Notes: a model not told the origin generated them from the sequence alone. 64,000 bases of DNA from Tubiluchus corallicola (GCA_030141605.1 JAQGDQ010000212.1:248001-312000), one strand, 5' to 3'; positions 1 through 15,260 are shown, counted from the first letter of the stretch. Numbers and translations: made by a program.

Positions 1-96
1 TGAAAAATCATCCTGTTTTCCTTCAATTTTCTAACGAAATTAAAAAACAACAACAATGGTGTGATAACCAGCGTTGTGGTATGTTTATGTTAGCTA

Positions 97-141
97 ACTA
101 AGTTAAGCAACACCAGGGACGGTCAGCATTTGAATGGGTGA
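97..141 (+). mobile_element. Degenerate 5S-derived fragment (internal control region), likely an old SINE3 or 5S pseudogene relic
   Basis: CTAAGTTAAGCAACACCAGGGACGGTCAGCATTTGAATGGGTGAG aligns with the 5S A-box to C-box segment (AGTTAAGCAAC...GGTTAGTACTTGGATGGGTGAC). Confidence 0.6.
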
Positions 142-1559
142 GCAACACAGATTTTTATAATACACTCTTTTACTTTTTTAATATACTTACAGCTATTTTA
201 TACGCAAGCAAGTTTAAATATCTTTCCATGTAAAAGTCATTTTAAGATATAACACGAGTTTCACTGCATCTTGCCCTAACAAGCTTGAACAAACGGTTCA
301 CCTTAATGATTAATACGCTATCAAGCCGAGAATCTCTGAAGTTTTTTTTTCTAATTTCCTCTCCTTCAACCAAGAAGTTCCAAAGTGACAAAAAACGGAG
401 ACAAATTTAACAAGTAACTCCTCTGTCTTCTATTATTCATGAAAACTGCTTTTTGTGAGGCGAGTTTACTCTCTTCCCCGGGCTGTAATCAATGTTTGTC
501 TTGGCAATGTTTGACCACGTTTGCCAATAGGTGACGCCACATAAAACTGGTCTGGTTATAGTTGTACTCATTAACTAACAACATTATTATTTTATAGGTG
601 CTAGGCATCAGTGCCTGTTGTTAAGATAAAAAAAATAAGAAATAGGCCCCAATGGCTTTTTGAACAGATAAGTTTCAAGCTTCAATGCCAAATAGACTTC
701 TATTATTTGATGACAGACATTAAACCAAGAAGGCAAGTTATTTTACTTTAAAGGAAAAGCCAAGCCTTCTTGTTTGGCTTATTTCAATGTTCGCGAAAAG
801 CTTTCAAGGGATTTAGTAATAAAAGTGTGATAAGCGCGTGCTGTAACTAGTAAAACAATTTTAAAGTCGCGAGCATTTCACGCTTGGGTGCTCCCATTTT
901 GAACGCCCATTCTTCCACCAATAGCGTCATTCGCCGGTATATAAGTGGTGCCTTTGTCTTTGTCTTTTCTCTTTTCTTTTAGCCTAATAAACAAATCTTT
1001 TGTCCTGCTAACTTTATCCGCCCACATCTTACATAAAACACGAATTTACTCCAACTACTTTTACTCCAATAACATAAAAACCAATAAGGCCACAACCTAG
1101 TAACTCTCACAGCCAAACAGTAATGATATGGTAACATCACTCTTTCAAATTTCATATTCAACTCGCATTTCAACTCGCGCATAATTATTGTAGTCTAAAC
1201 TTCCGCATATTTTTTCTGTGCCACCCCGTATTTTTTCGGGGAAGATCAATAAGAACTGGTTTATGGCAATTAAAAATGACACAATTGTAATTCAGCAAGA
1301 TTTGTAATCTGTTAAGTGCGTTTGTTAACACAATAACTTACGGAGATGTGATATTTATTTGTATTTCATATTTTATATTTGTATTTTATTTACTAGTGTC
1401 AAATTACATACAATACAAAAAAACAAGACCGTATAATACAATTTTAATTTTGAAATGTAGTGACAATACAAACAAGCAAACAATTACTGATAAAATAAAT
1501 ATTATTAAATCTTTTTGTTAGTTATTTTAGTTATTTGATTGAAGAGTTTGGTGATTAGC

Positions 1560-2150
1560 ATTTAAAATAGATTGCCACTCATATGGTCTCATTTTCAGCG
1601 ACACGATTGTATATTCTTCATCATGTTTTAAAAACGTTTATTCAATATGACCAATAAACACCTTAATTACTTCTAAATCATTACTTCCCATCAAGAATAA
1701 AAATGCATCGCCATCGTTCATAGGGAAAAACTCTGGTATAATTATTCTGGTACAATAATTATAATAATTATATTGATGTGATTATATAATTTTCCTCTTA
1801 GGTCATTGTAATATGGGCATTTTATAACAAAGTGTGATTCGTCTTCGATTTCATTTCTTAAACAAAATGTACAATACACGATTCTCAGCTGGGATTTTTG
1901 TAGGTTTAACGTACCTCCCTCTTTCAATACACAAAGTATGAGAGCTGATTCTCAGTTTTGTAAATTTTGTTATAGCATATTTGGAATAACCAGAAAGTAA
2001 ATAGTTTTCTAGTTGATATTGTTTTTTGAAGGGTTGATGTGTTTTGTTTGAAGTTTGTTTTGTCCATCAGATATGTTGTATCATTAAACCAACATTTCTA
2101 CTTTTGCTAAGTTTACTTTTAAATTTTCTTGGATCATCCATGAATCATAA
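1560..2150 (-). mobile_element. Decayed non-LTR retrotransposon 3' end (RTEX/CR1-group-like C-terminal zinc knuckle)
   Basis: Minus-strand peptides AITKFTKLRISSHTLCIERGRY and, after a frameshift, CTFC...EIEDESHFVIKCPYYNDLR. Confidence 0.75.
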
Positions 2151-2252
2151 ACTCCTGCACTGCAAAATAGAATCACTAAGTTACTTTACTTCAATTTGGG
2201 GCAAGTTCAGATGTGAGCTGTAATTATGACGCCAAGCAAGATATGCGTCTTC

Positions 2253-2995
2253 TGCCCATTTCACAGTGAAGACGCGAGGCAAAATTCCTCGAGGAGCGAC
2301 ATTCCTTGTGGCTCACTGTCTTCGATGTCCCCTTTCACAGTGAAGACGCGAGGTAATTCCTTGTGCAATTCCTCGTGAAGAATTCTCCTGCCAGCTAGAA
2401 GCTATGCGTCCTCATCGTGAGGAATTCTGCTGTCAACTGGAAGCTATGCGTCCTCCTCGTGAAGAATTTTGCCATATGGTAGAAGTACTGCATGTTCCGT
2501 TTTCGTGAGTAATCCTCGCGGAGTTCAGCTTCAAATTTAACTACTCAATTACTTCTTTCTTATTTAACGAATAACAATTAACCGCTTTTCAACATAAAAT
2601 TATAAGATTTAATCTCTCCTTTAACAGACTGACGATTTTATGTTTTATTAATGCAACACTGATGGCCAAATTCGTGGAAAAAAATGACGCGCGCATATAT
2701 TTATTTTGTTTATGTACTTTTTCAGAACTAAAAAATAAACAGGTCAGTCATTGCATTGATTAACACTAATAATTGTACTTTGTGTATGAGAAATACAGCA
2801 AGTACAACTTAATTTAGACACGATTACTCAGTATAAAACTGGCAAAATAGCTGCAGCTAACTGGACACGCGTGGTTTCACTGTGAAATGCTGTATGGGAT
2901 TTCGAGAAAAAATCGAAAATTTTCTAAATACTTTCTAATTTTCTGGCAACATTCCATGCGCCATTTTCCCTTGCGACCTCACTGTGAAGTGGGCC
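2253..2995. mobile_element. PIF/Harbinger-like MITE
   Basis: TIR GCCCA(T/C)TTCACAGTGA at both ends, TTA on the right flank, and internal repeats of TTCACAGTGAAGACGCGAGG and CCTCGTGAAGAATT. Confidence 0.65.
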
Positions 2996-3554
2996 TTAGA
3001 CCACACACAGTTGCCCATAAGCTGGGGGGGGGGGGAGGAAGCAAGTAATTTTGTGATTTATTATAAACGTTTTAACCTATTGGTGATCAACAAACATGTA
3101 ATCCCGTAAATATATACAGAAATTAGAAATTTATGGGAAGCAGCAGGATAGCTGACTGCGCAGCTGCTAATTAGGCAGCACCATCTATCGGGAAAAATTG
3201 CAATACGAGAAGAATTTATAATCATTGATAAGCTTATAATTCAGTCTACTAGCTGCAAAAAAGTAAAAAAAACTCCACTGTACAGGGTGGCGCAAAACTT
3301 TTGCTGGGGAGACAGAAACGACAAGTAGCAATACAGGACAGTTACAATTCATTTCTGACATTTTTTATTATCTCATGACTAGAATTTGTTGCTTCCCCAC
3401 AAACAGCTAAACGGATAGTTGACCTGATGATAAAAATGTCTTTCTCTTTCACCACTTACAAAAACTTTTATTTTACCCAGAATATATTTGAATTGAGGAT
3501 TTTTGAGTAAATCAAAACCGTATCCAATCTATTTCCAAAGGAAACATTATTTTT

Positions 3555-4132
3555 AGCTGAGCCCAACTTTAAACTGCAGGTCAAAACAATCTACTCTTAC
3601 ATTATTGAAAGGAAACATATTATTTTTTTCAAAAATGACTTACGTGAAAGAATTATTATCACACAAACGCAGCTTCACATTCGCGCCACTAGTTCTTCGC
3701 TGTTACATGCATTTCACCATAAAATTCGCCACGTGCTTTGCATAAAAACAGGTGCTGTATCTCTCACTTGAGATGTGTTAGCTTGTGACGAACTACACAC
3801 GTTCGCCAGCTCATGCGTGATCACAGCAGTAAGTTTGAAATTTGTATTTTTATCTTAAAACTTGCCTAGTCTTAATATAACACACTGAATATCTTACAGT
3901 AGCACTTTATTTCAATTTTTGCTTTCGCAAACACGTGCAACTCGCTAGTGGAATATTTTTGCCGTTGAAAATTACGTTAGTTTGTGATGTCATCAATTAT
4001 TGGGCTCGCCCACCGTTAATTAAGTTCTAGACTATTATTTAATTATCAGAAACAGTACTAAGTGTGTTAAAATGAGTACTTTTTATCGTACCTAAAAATA
4101 GGGTAGTATATGTAAAATAATCCTGTCTTCCT
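3555..4132 (+). mobile_element. Kolobok-like family A copy
   Basis: Ends ATCCTGTCTTCCT|TTAA; similar along its length to 53995-54627 and to the reverse complement of 15802-16690. Confidence 0.7.
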
Positions 4133-4535
4133 TTAAGCCTTTAATTCAGAATTTCGTCAATGTAAAACAATAGCTAAAACACACAAGTTCAAAGATATAC
4201 CATAATAAAAATTAGTAAAAAACTCTATTAATACAACGCATACAAATGTCTAAAATGGGAAATAAAATTGAAACGAATTGAACTAAAATGAATTTGTAGC
4301 TGATTTTACACAGCATATTTTTTACGTAATTTTGTTAGGCTGTTTTTTATGCCGCGCGCTGAAGCTGCTAATGAGATCAGATCTTCAGCGTATAATTACG
4401 TAGCTCTGTCTCCGCATTAAATCTGCCAATAAGCCGAGTGAAGCCAGACGAGAAGCCACGCAATCGATGACATCAATTTAAATTCATGAAAAATGTACGA
4501 GCTTGAGACAGAAGACGTGTAAACTGTTGTGAAGT

Positions 4536-5470
<935 letters not shown>

Positions 5471-6697
5471 GTTTTACTTTCGTTGTGTTTTTTGCACACC
5501 GAATTAGAGCAATTTATTAGAAACGATTGTGGTATATTTGCTGATGCGAAACTTTACACCCTTATAAAACCTTCATAAAAGCGCATAATTAAGAATCACT
5601 GGTTTTCGTGTTAACGTCTAATAGCGCGTAGTTTATGCGTAAAACCAAGTATTAAATTAATAGCGGTGCAATTTACATGATAACGCTGAACGACAATAAT
5701 TAAAACCCAATAAACCTGAAAGCGTTGCTTTAGCTTGTCCTGAAGACACGCTAAGAGCTCTGAAAGCTTGGCAAATAAAACCATCCCAGCAAATTATGAA
5801 TATCATTAACATTTTCCCCTGGAGGCTGAGACAATGGATTCTTTGTGGCTTCTCATAGACGTCGATGCGTTTACGAGGACATTCTTGATGGTTTAGTAGT
5901 TTCTTTTTATACCACTTAACGCTCGGCAAGCGATATACAGCACTCAGCGGCAGCGAATACCCAATGTACGTAGTGTGGCAGGACCGGCATCTCTCTCGTT
6001 ATAATGGATATTCTTCTTATTATGAATCAGCACAAATATTTACTATGTTTGGACATATTTCCTCAAGATCTAAAGACCTACAATCAAAACGGCAAACGAA
6101 ACGTTATACATTAAACGAGCATTGAGCGCAGTGGCCACCCTTCTAATTACTGACCAGGCCCCCAGACTTCATCATACTATTCGCCACTTCACAAAAACCT
6201 ATCTAGCCCAAACATCAAATTTATATTGCAAAGATATCAGTGTAAAACTGTTCCTATTTGCTTATCGGTTTACTTATCTGTCTACCTGCCTGTCTATCTA
6301 TCTGTCTATCTGTCTGTCTGTCTGTCTGTATGTCTGTCTGTCTGTCTGTCCGTCTAAATTCTAAAGTAAAGAACAAATTACGCAGTTCTTAATACAAAAA
6401 TGCCTAGCAATGTTTTAATGAAGACCGTCAGAAGGCACTAACCACAACAAGAAGAACAACTTTAGCAGGTTGTTTCAAAGGTTTTCGGTAGGCAGCTAAA
6501 TTAAACACTAGGAGGCTCTCAAAATTTCAAACCATTAGTATTTGTCAAATATTGGTATCACCCGCTCATACTATTTTAACTAAGAATCTTTTATGTTCCT
6601 TACATTTACTATTTCTCAACTAACATAAGTAAATTGTTACTTCAGTTTAGAGGTTCGCCTTTTTACAAATTCATCTTTTCCTATTCTTCCCCCCCCC

Positions 6698-6982
6698 CAG
6701 GGCTAGATTCAAACCTTTAGGGGCCCATAGGCTAATGAGGAGCCACGAACAAGGGCCACCTTTTCAAAACTGGGTTTTCAGACTTCTGCATCGCATGTTT
6801 TAAGGTTGAAATTTTGTTTCAAGTTAAATGAATTCAGCAATGCAAAATACTAAAATATCATATTTATTTAAAAAAGGTTATATTTGGAAATATTTTAGCA
6901 GGGTTCCTCAAGCTTTGCCCCTCCCCAAGTTGAGGTGTCCGAGGCTGTAGCCTACACTATCTCATAGTGTAATCCAGTGCTG
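6698..6982. mobile_element. Degenerate hAT-type MITE
   Basis: Ends CAGGGCTAGATT... and ...AATCCAGTGCTG; C-rich imperfect TSD. Confidence 0.5.
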
Positions 6983-7260
6983 TTCCCACCTCTTGTCACC
7001 TCTTTTCACCCCCTTTCACTTATCGCTTAGCAAATTCATGACACCTTAAATATGAAACATGGCAACTGTGAAGCTTACACAAACCACTGATGACAAAAAT
7101 TGTTTCACGCGAATGAAATTTTCCATCAAACATGATAAAATTTTTCATTTCATGGACTAAAATGATTGCTCCTTGCACTTCAACTGCAATGGAATATTGA
7201 CCGAGTTTGGTTTATAAACGTTCCTGCTTGTAGAAAGTTTACAGATGAGATATTATACTA

Positions 7261-8067
7261 AAGGCTGGATTATCGTGTAGGCTGGTGTATACTGCAGCTT
7301 AGAGACCCCTACGCGTGGGGGAAGAGGGGGGGGGGTGTTATGGGAAAATTACCTAATTACCTATGTAATTTGTTTTTATTTTTCCCGCATGAGGGAGCCA
7401 AAAACTAAAGGGGACAAGTGGGCAATTGCTGGCAGACTCAACTGATTATTGCAGAGACTAACTTGTAATGTGGATAATGCAATTTTTATATGAGAAATCT
7501 AATGTCAGGCTTCATAAACCATAAACAGTGTGCTCTCTCTAGCCGAATGAACTAAGTGAATTTTGTAAATCTAAGTTTATTAATTAGAAAGCAATTTTCT
7601 GTGAAATTTTTTTGTTCAAATATCTGTAGTTTTTTTGTTCAAATTGCATTACTGAAAATTTTATGTATTCTTTTGTTTTTTCTCCTTAGAAAATAAAGAC
7701 TGCTGTAAACACCTTATTAAAGGAACTGTCGTGTTTTGCTGTGTTAACAGGGGGTGGCTCAAGCTTTGGTAACGTTTGATAAGAAACCTGTTTTTTCATT
7801 ACCATTTTGTTGAAATATGTGCTAATGTAGTTTGCAATAAATAGTAAATCAGTAGTAATTCGCAAAGAATATCTTATTGGCAAAAAATAGCTATTCTAGT
7901 TTATTTAAAATATTTGCAATAAGTTTACTTCAAGCCATGTAAATGTCGCTGAAATATATTACGAGTAAAAATATTCAAGATGGGTGTTGGCGAGTTAGAT
8001 GGTGGCTGAGGGGGAGGCAATAATTTAATTAGTCTAGGGCCCCGAAAAAGTCATAATCCGTCCCTTG
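7261..8067. mobile_element. Degenerate hAT-type non-autonomous element
   Basis: Ends AAGGCTGGATTAT... and ...ATAATCCGTCCCTTG; imperfect 8-bp flanks TTATACTA / TTGTACTG. Confidence 0.45.
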
Positions 8068-8366
8068 TTGTACTGCACAGGCAACTTCTATAATCATTCT
8101 ACTATTTTTCTACTTGCAAGAAAGAAAGGCTTTTTCTCACTGCAAGGCCATAAATTCTATGCGTTCCATTTGCTCCACAACTCTTACAACTTACGAAAGA
8201 AACATTAGCGTCTTGGCAAAAGATTTTCCCTTTCTTCCCAGTCTTAGATTTAGATTCAGATTTATTTGTTTATCCATTTAGAAGAAGAAGAACAAGGAGA
8301 AGAAAAAGATGATGATGATGATGTTGTAAAGATGATGATGCTGATGTGATGATGATGACGATGATA

Positions 8367-8397
<31 letters not shown>

Positions 8398-8601
8398 TGA
8401 TAATGACGATGATGATGATGACAATGGCGGTGACGAAGACAATGATAACGATTGATATTAATAACGACTGTGCACATTATCTCACTTGTCTTTTCAAGAA
8501 AATTCGTCCTTTCAGTCTTTCAGCTTGCGCAAAGACTCTGTCATGTTATCCTGTTAGTGGTCAAAAATAAAGCCAAAAAAGTAGTCACTAGATTTACGAC
8601 A

Positions 8602-8770
8602 CTGCTGTTACCAAAGCACAAAAAAAATCATTACAAAATCAAACGAGTGAAATTTAGGTCACCAGAATACAAACAGACCTGCATTTACAGAGAGACAGGT
8701 CTATTTGCATTCTGGCGACCTAAATTTCACTCTTTTCATTTTGTAATTTTTTCTGCTTTGGTAATAGCAG
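8602..8770. mobile_element. Palindromic MITE (near-complete hairpin)
   Basis: CTGCTGTTACCAAAGCA...CAGACCTG, a ~14-nt loop, then CAGGTCTA...TGCTTTGGTAATAGCAG|TA. Confidence 0.75.
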
Positions 8771-10039
8771 TATCATTAATGTACTGATTATGTGTTTTGG
8801 CTTAATTTCTAGCATTGATAATGACATTTTTGTTGAAACCATCCTCTGTACTCAATACACAGAATGTTCACATAGTGCATTCGATTTAATTTCAATTTAT
8901 TTAACTTAAAACACTTTAATTCGACACAAATCCATATCAAATACAAACTGGCAATTTAAACGGTTATTTCGGCTATATCAGCCACTCCTCACAAGCCGTC
9001 AAGCATTCAAAAGACTTAGTAACTTCCTTTGTTAATTGAGCATTTTTAAGGGTAAGAAAGGGAGTTTTGAAATATATCCCAAAAATATTCCATTCAAGTT
9101 ATGTTACTTGGTACAATACTTACAGATACGATTACGCACTTATGCAACTGAAAATAATAATTTTAATTGTTTCCATGGTCTGCTAGAAGGTCACTGATGC
9201 GCTATCTCAGCGTGGCCCCGAAACGTCACTGGCTCACTAAAAGATGTTATTAATCATATTCATAATAAATTATAAAGTAAAATTAATCTTTTCCTTAGCT
9301 AGAGAAGTGTGCGCAGCAAATGTTCTGGTTATTTTTTAAAACTTTACGCAACATTATCAGAACTTGTGTTAAAAAAATTACACAAGTTACTTACTCAACG
9401 ATTTACTGTTAAAATTTTGGCGCCTAACTATCAGTGTAGAAGTTTAAATATGAAAGTGTTCCGTGTGTAGTAACTATCAGGCAATATGATTGCAGGTGTT
9501 ACAAAATTCACGACGTATATTTTAGTTTTACGTAAGAATTCTGTTTACTTGTCCTTTAAATACTCCAAGTTTTGAGAAGTGTAAAGCAACATTAACGATT
9601 TCTATTTAAATAAACTAACACATATTTTGGCTTCATGATGATTCTGTCTAGAAAGCTGTCTATTGTTTATTTAAATGCAGGCAGCATTAAGACTGGATCC
9701 TCTGCCAAGTGAAAAGAGGAATTCCTAAGGGCAACGATAATGGAGCAGTTGGGTCGTCTGCTGCTTTGTCAGACACCATTATTGCATAATACATCACTAG
9801 AATAGCAATTAATCCAAGATCAGGGAGAGTTTATACCGCGAAGCTTAGTATTACGTTTGACTTAGTAATAATAAAGTTGACGATTTAGTTGATGCTCAAA
9901 TTCAGTTGGACATGTTTATTGTTGGACATATTGTTTGTTATAGTGAAATGTTGAAACCTTTTAAAGGTGTGATATAAAGGATCTAGTAAATTAAAAGCAC
10001 AATTTTTTACTTCATTTCGTTGTCCTGTTTAACACATCC

Positions 10040-10500
10040 ATCAATGCAAAGTGGAATTTGTACTAAAAAGTTTCAAGTTCAACAATATAGTCTAACAGAT
10101 TTCAATAACCCTTTTCACAGTGCCAGCGATTGATGATGAGCATGGGTAATGGTTAATGGTTAATGGTTAAGGGTTGTCATGGTTAAGTGTAGCAGACATC
10201 GCATTTGTTTACACTTGACAATGCCTCGCAGCTAGTTAGAAACTTACATAGTTCACTTTTTCTTGTTCCAAGGCAAGATTCCGCTAGTAAATTACTCTAC
10301 GCACAGACTAATGAATAATTAAATAAAGTCCATGTATAACAGCTGAAGTTACTGAACTGGTGCGGCATACGGCTTTGCTTTACATACATGTCACGTGACG
10401 CTTTGCAGTTAAGACTCGTTGCTGTGGTACACTTAACCTTTGACATACAGCAACTGCGCGTGCGCACAACGAAACTATGAAAAGGCTTATTATTATCAGT
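10040..10500 (-). mobile_element. Interspersed repeat family D (unclassified)
   Basis: Reverse complement of ~31310-31760 (ORF peptides SKVKCTTAT.LN...PHQFSNFSC are shared); another copy at ~57250-57480 and a fragment at ~16880-16970. Confidence 0.65.
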
Positions 10501-11637
10501 AAAAACTATGGTAAGTAAAACACCATGAACATAGTCAACACTTTTACATTTTCTATGGTTTTGCAAACTCTGTGTTATATAAAAAAATTTGATAGGCATG
10601 AATCATTGCTTCGTCAATACAAAATGAAGATAAAAGGACAACAAAACACCTCATTAGTAAAGCTAAAAATAACTTGAAAATTTGGTATCAATTGCATGTT
10701 GTCTTGTTGCATACAGGGCATGTGTTAGCAGCAATGTTATATAGAACCCGTAAATAGGTGGTTTTCTTGTGCGTTTAAAATACGTCTTGAAATTTTATAT
10801 CACTTACATGTTGTGTTATTGCATAGAGAACTTGTATCGGTAGTAACGCCGTTTAAAAGTTCTAAATTTAAACTCCCGGTATGACCGTTAGGCTCAGCCA
10901 TTTTAACGGTAGGTCGTTTGAAACAAGTTTAGATAATATTGTGTAAAGTTGGAAAAAATAGTCAGAGAATTCGTAGCGAGTTCTTCACCAAATAAGTAAA
11001 AGTACAAATTGCCTTATATTGTCAATAAGATTATTAATAATATGTTTTCGTGAGCCAGTGACACGTTTTTTGGTGCACATTTAGATTGTGAAACAGTGAC
11101 GTTTTGCCAGGCGACTCGAACACTTGAATTATTAAGACTTTTCCTTTTCACTTAAATACATCTTTCAAACAAGTAAACATAATAATACGAAATAATCCAA
11201 TCTTGTTTATGGCGTTTTTGAGGCATACTTTAAAATTCCCTTTTGTTCATTTTCAGCATATATTCGGCCACTGTTGCTTCAACTGAACTATAGCAATGTG
11301 AACGCGGCCTAACACATTTCAGCAGCACAAACAGTCATAGCTTGCCGAAAGATCAGAAAAATAGAAATTATAATAAAACCGACAACCTTCCTAAAGCACA
11401 CGAGGCAGAACGATTTCCTTTTAAATTACCTGATTATAAAGGAAGTTTTTCAATTCTTATATAGAATCTATTTGGGCGAAAGTGAGTTTTTGATTTGGTT
11501 GAATATCCAATCAGCTAAGCTTCGTCATAGTGAATAATTTTAATTAATTAAAGTTAATTAGATGGATGTCGGTTGCTGTTGTTGTCGGTACATGTCCTCA
11601 GAAAGCTTTAAAAGGCTAAACAAACTCGTAAGATTAA

Positions 11638-12260
11638 AGGAAAGAACAACTCACACTCTATATTGCAAAGAGCTACCTATAAAGCCTTAAAATATACTAC
11701 CTCTGAATAAAAATTTTCAGTCGAGGTGGTAGCCGCTATTGGCTTGAAAAGCATGACGTAACTGGGAAACTTCGTGACGTTTCGTAAGAGCGTCGTGGCT
11801 TTCCGTAAGCTCGCGCTGCTTAAACTAATTCGAACTTCTGCAGATTACCCATTATTCCCGCAAAAATATTACAGAATTTGCTATTTATTTATTTTTTTGT
11901 AAAACTTATTATACTTTTGATGAAGATCGACAGTGTGCTACTTTTCTTTAGGACGAATGACGTCATTGGAAGAAGAAGGGGGTCCAAGCGTCAAGTGATC
12001 GCGACTTTAAAGTGATTTTACTAGTTACACGAGGCGCTTATTGCAGTTTTATTACTAAATCATCCTAACATTTTTCGCAAACATTGAAATAAGCCTAACT
12101 TTCCAGAAAACTTGGCCTTGTCCTTTGAAAAAATCCAACTCCCAAACCATTGAAATTACGAAACAACTGATCAACACTAACTGTGCCCCACATCCTACGC
12201 AGCCTTCTGCCTCTTAATGCAGCATGTTACACACAATAATGCTAAAGAACATTGTAATAT
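11638..12260 (-). mobile_element. Kolobok-like family B copy
   Basis: Starts TTAA|AGGAAAGAACAAC; 11950-12250 is the reverse complement of ~48840-49160. Confidence 0.65.
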
Positions 12261-12485
12261 AAATAATAATATCGCCGTGACATTAATTGTAAACCCATCT
12301 CTTTTAATTTCCTGCACATGTGTCTCTATTATAAGTACTTTTTTCATTATCCCTGATAATGATACGTACCTATTTGCCGGTCACTATTATTTTGGTTTAT
12401 TCTTTCCAGTAGAACAGATGTGACATTCTTAGTCTAAGGATACGTTGGCCAATATTATGCTTTATTTCTCCGGAAATGAAGGAAT

Positions 12486-12584
<99 letters not shown>

Positions 12585-13161
12585 ATGAAATGAACTTGGA
12601 GGGACTTGTATTTTTTCTATTTTTCCATCTTATACATCTTATACACATTGTCAGTTCACCAAATTAAAACATCTCTTATGGTATATATACGTGACTTATT
12701 TTTATGTTATTTTTTATGACCCTCTAAGTTTACTTCAAATTTAGCTTCCATCACCATTTGAATAAAACAAAACAAGTAACCTCAACTGTTGCACTAAAAT
12801 ATAACGTATTTTTGTTTTTTATATTAATATTGTGACCTTGTGTACAATAGTATAATATGCAAGAATAGTATACAAAATAAATATTTGATATTGATACTGG
12901 TATTTTGATACTGATTTACGTTAATATTAGTGACGCCTATTCAAATTCTATTCTTATTGTTTCCTTTCAAATAAACTTAGAACGACCACTTCTGTGTCAC
13001 ATTAAAATTGAAGTTGTTGACCTCCTCTTCTGATGATCGTTGAAAGTTTTCTGGAACAAAACAATTTGAATAGAATCTCTTTGAATTTGGCGTCAACAAT
13101 ATTAATTTAAGATTTTGCGTATCATACTTTTGGCTACGTATTCTTGAGAAGGACTGCGTAC

Positions 13162-13580
13162 ACTTATCCTAACTCAATCCTAACCCTAACCCTTGTCCTA
13201 ACTCAACCCTAACCCTAACCCTAACCCTTGTACTAACCTCAATCCTAACCCTAACCCTAACCATAACACTTATCCTAACTCAATCCTAACCCTAACCCTA
13301 ACCCTTATCCTAACTCAATCCTAACCCTAACCCTAACCCTAACCCTTATCCTAACTCAATCCTAACCCTAATCCTAATCCTAACACTTGTCCTAACTCAA
13401 TCCTAACCTTAACCCTAACCCTAACACTTATCCTAACTCAATCCTAACCCTAACCCTAACACTTATCCTAACTCAAACTCAACCCTAACCCTAATACTTA
13501 TCCTAACTCAATCCTAATCCTAACCCTAACCCTAACCCTCACACTGCCGCAATGCTAATCCTAATCCTAATCCTAATCCA
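13162..13580 (-). repeat. Interstitial telomere-like array (TTAGGG on the minus strand) with higher-order units
   Basis: Repeated CTTATCCTAACTCAATCCTAA(CCCTAA)n. Confidence 0.85.
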
Positions 13581-14094
13581 CTTCAGGAACAAATTTCCTG
13601 TGTGGGGGGAATTGTAAACTTTAGCCAAATATTCCATTACAAAGCGCCGACGAACATAGAACCAACACAAATCAATCATTATATCTAGCACAAGAACAGT
13701 TAGTGTTCATAGAGTTGCGTTTACAACGATGATATAAGATCGTTTTGATACGCCTGTCACGAACGCCCAATTGTTTCATTTTTTAAATGAAAATTGGCCG
13801 AAAATAAAACGCCTGAAAAGTGGTTTTTATTTTCTTCTTTAATAACATGAATAAAAAGTTGAAAGTCCTTTATCAGTCTCAAAACAGGTTATTTATTTCA
13901 GAATCTTTTCACACTAACGGGCTTATCAGTTAAAAAGTATGGTATAAGGAATATTATTTTTATTATAATTCTTTATTTTTAAAAAAAATGAACAGAATAA
14001 ATTCTCTCTATTTGTAGGGATATGTTTAAAATTTCTAAAAGCATTTACAACGTATTAAACCTATTCACACACACACACACACACACACACACCT

Positions 14095-14158
<64 letters not shown>

Positions 14159-15196
14159 GCGCATATATATATAATATATATGTATGTATATAATTTAGAA
14201 TCCAACGCATGAGACACATTGAATGACAACGATCATATACAATATGTTAGTTATATGTTCGATTATATAACGACATAGTTACAAATTATAATCCAACATT
14301 ACATACATACATAATAAACGATAACGAACATATTTCAATACTTTGTAACAAAAATTCACACGCATTATATACAATGAAAAACAGCGAGTACAATTATAAT
14401 AAACATAATTACCAATTCAAATGTAAGTTCACATAATCATAAATAAAAACAAAACAGCATATAGAAAACACTAGGAGAGTTGTAAAATTTCATCACCAAC
14501 AGACTATTTATATACGGGCGAAAGACGATAGGAATTCATCCGAGATAAGATTTGCAAAAGCATGTATAGTATTATTATCCCGGCTAGAGAAAACAATAAT
14601 ATAACAAGGAATAGAAAGCAGAATTATACTACACCAGGGCATATGTACGGAAGTAGTTTTGATACTCTGTCTGTATTTTTGAGGGGAAAAATGCGTTTAG
14701 GGTGAAAGCTTCTAAAATAAATAATCTCTTTTGAGATTACTAAAGGACTTTTAAGTTTGTATTCATGTTATTAAAGATGGCAAGTCTCTCATGTTTTAAG
14801 TGCGATTGCTTCTTCTTTATCCTGGAATGAAATATTGCATGTTCTTCACCTTCGTATATTGACAATATGTATTGTTTGATTTCATTTTGGTCAAGATTTT
14901 CCAAGTTTTTTTAAAGAGAGAATATCACAGTTTGCTGTTTTTGCTTTTTTTATTATGAAAAAGTCAAGATTGCAACTGCGTCAAAACCAAATGGCACAAA
15001 ATCGGACTAACCTAAATTTGTTACTTTGAAAAACTCAGCGAGAGAGGTACGCGTCGTAGCCTAAACAAAAACGCCCACTTGCCTCCCTAATGATCCTTTG
15101 ATAAACTACAAAGAAATCCCACGCCAGCATAATAAATCACCCACCAAAACAATTCTTCAAAACGTTCGAAACAGGAAATTAATTTTCAACGCTTAC

Positions 15197-15260
15197 CTTG
15201 GGGCAACAAAACGACAATTAGTAAAGCAATAACCGTGAATCCGCAATCGTATGGCTTCAT
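15197..15260 (-). CDS. Candidate first coding exon of a minus-strand gene (signal-peptide-like MKPYDCGFTVIALLIVVLLPQ)
   Basis: ATG in AAAAAATG context, a hydrophobic stretch, and a consensus donor CAAG|GTAAGC, next to a CpG-rich region. No convincing downstream coding exon was found in the window. Confidence 0.4.

Noticed and set aside
13162-13580. True telomere or chromosome fusion scar
   Set aside because: It is internal, degenerate, in a single orientation and lacks a head-to-head junction.
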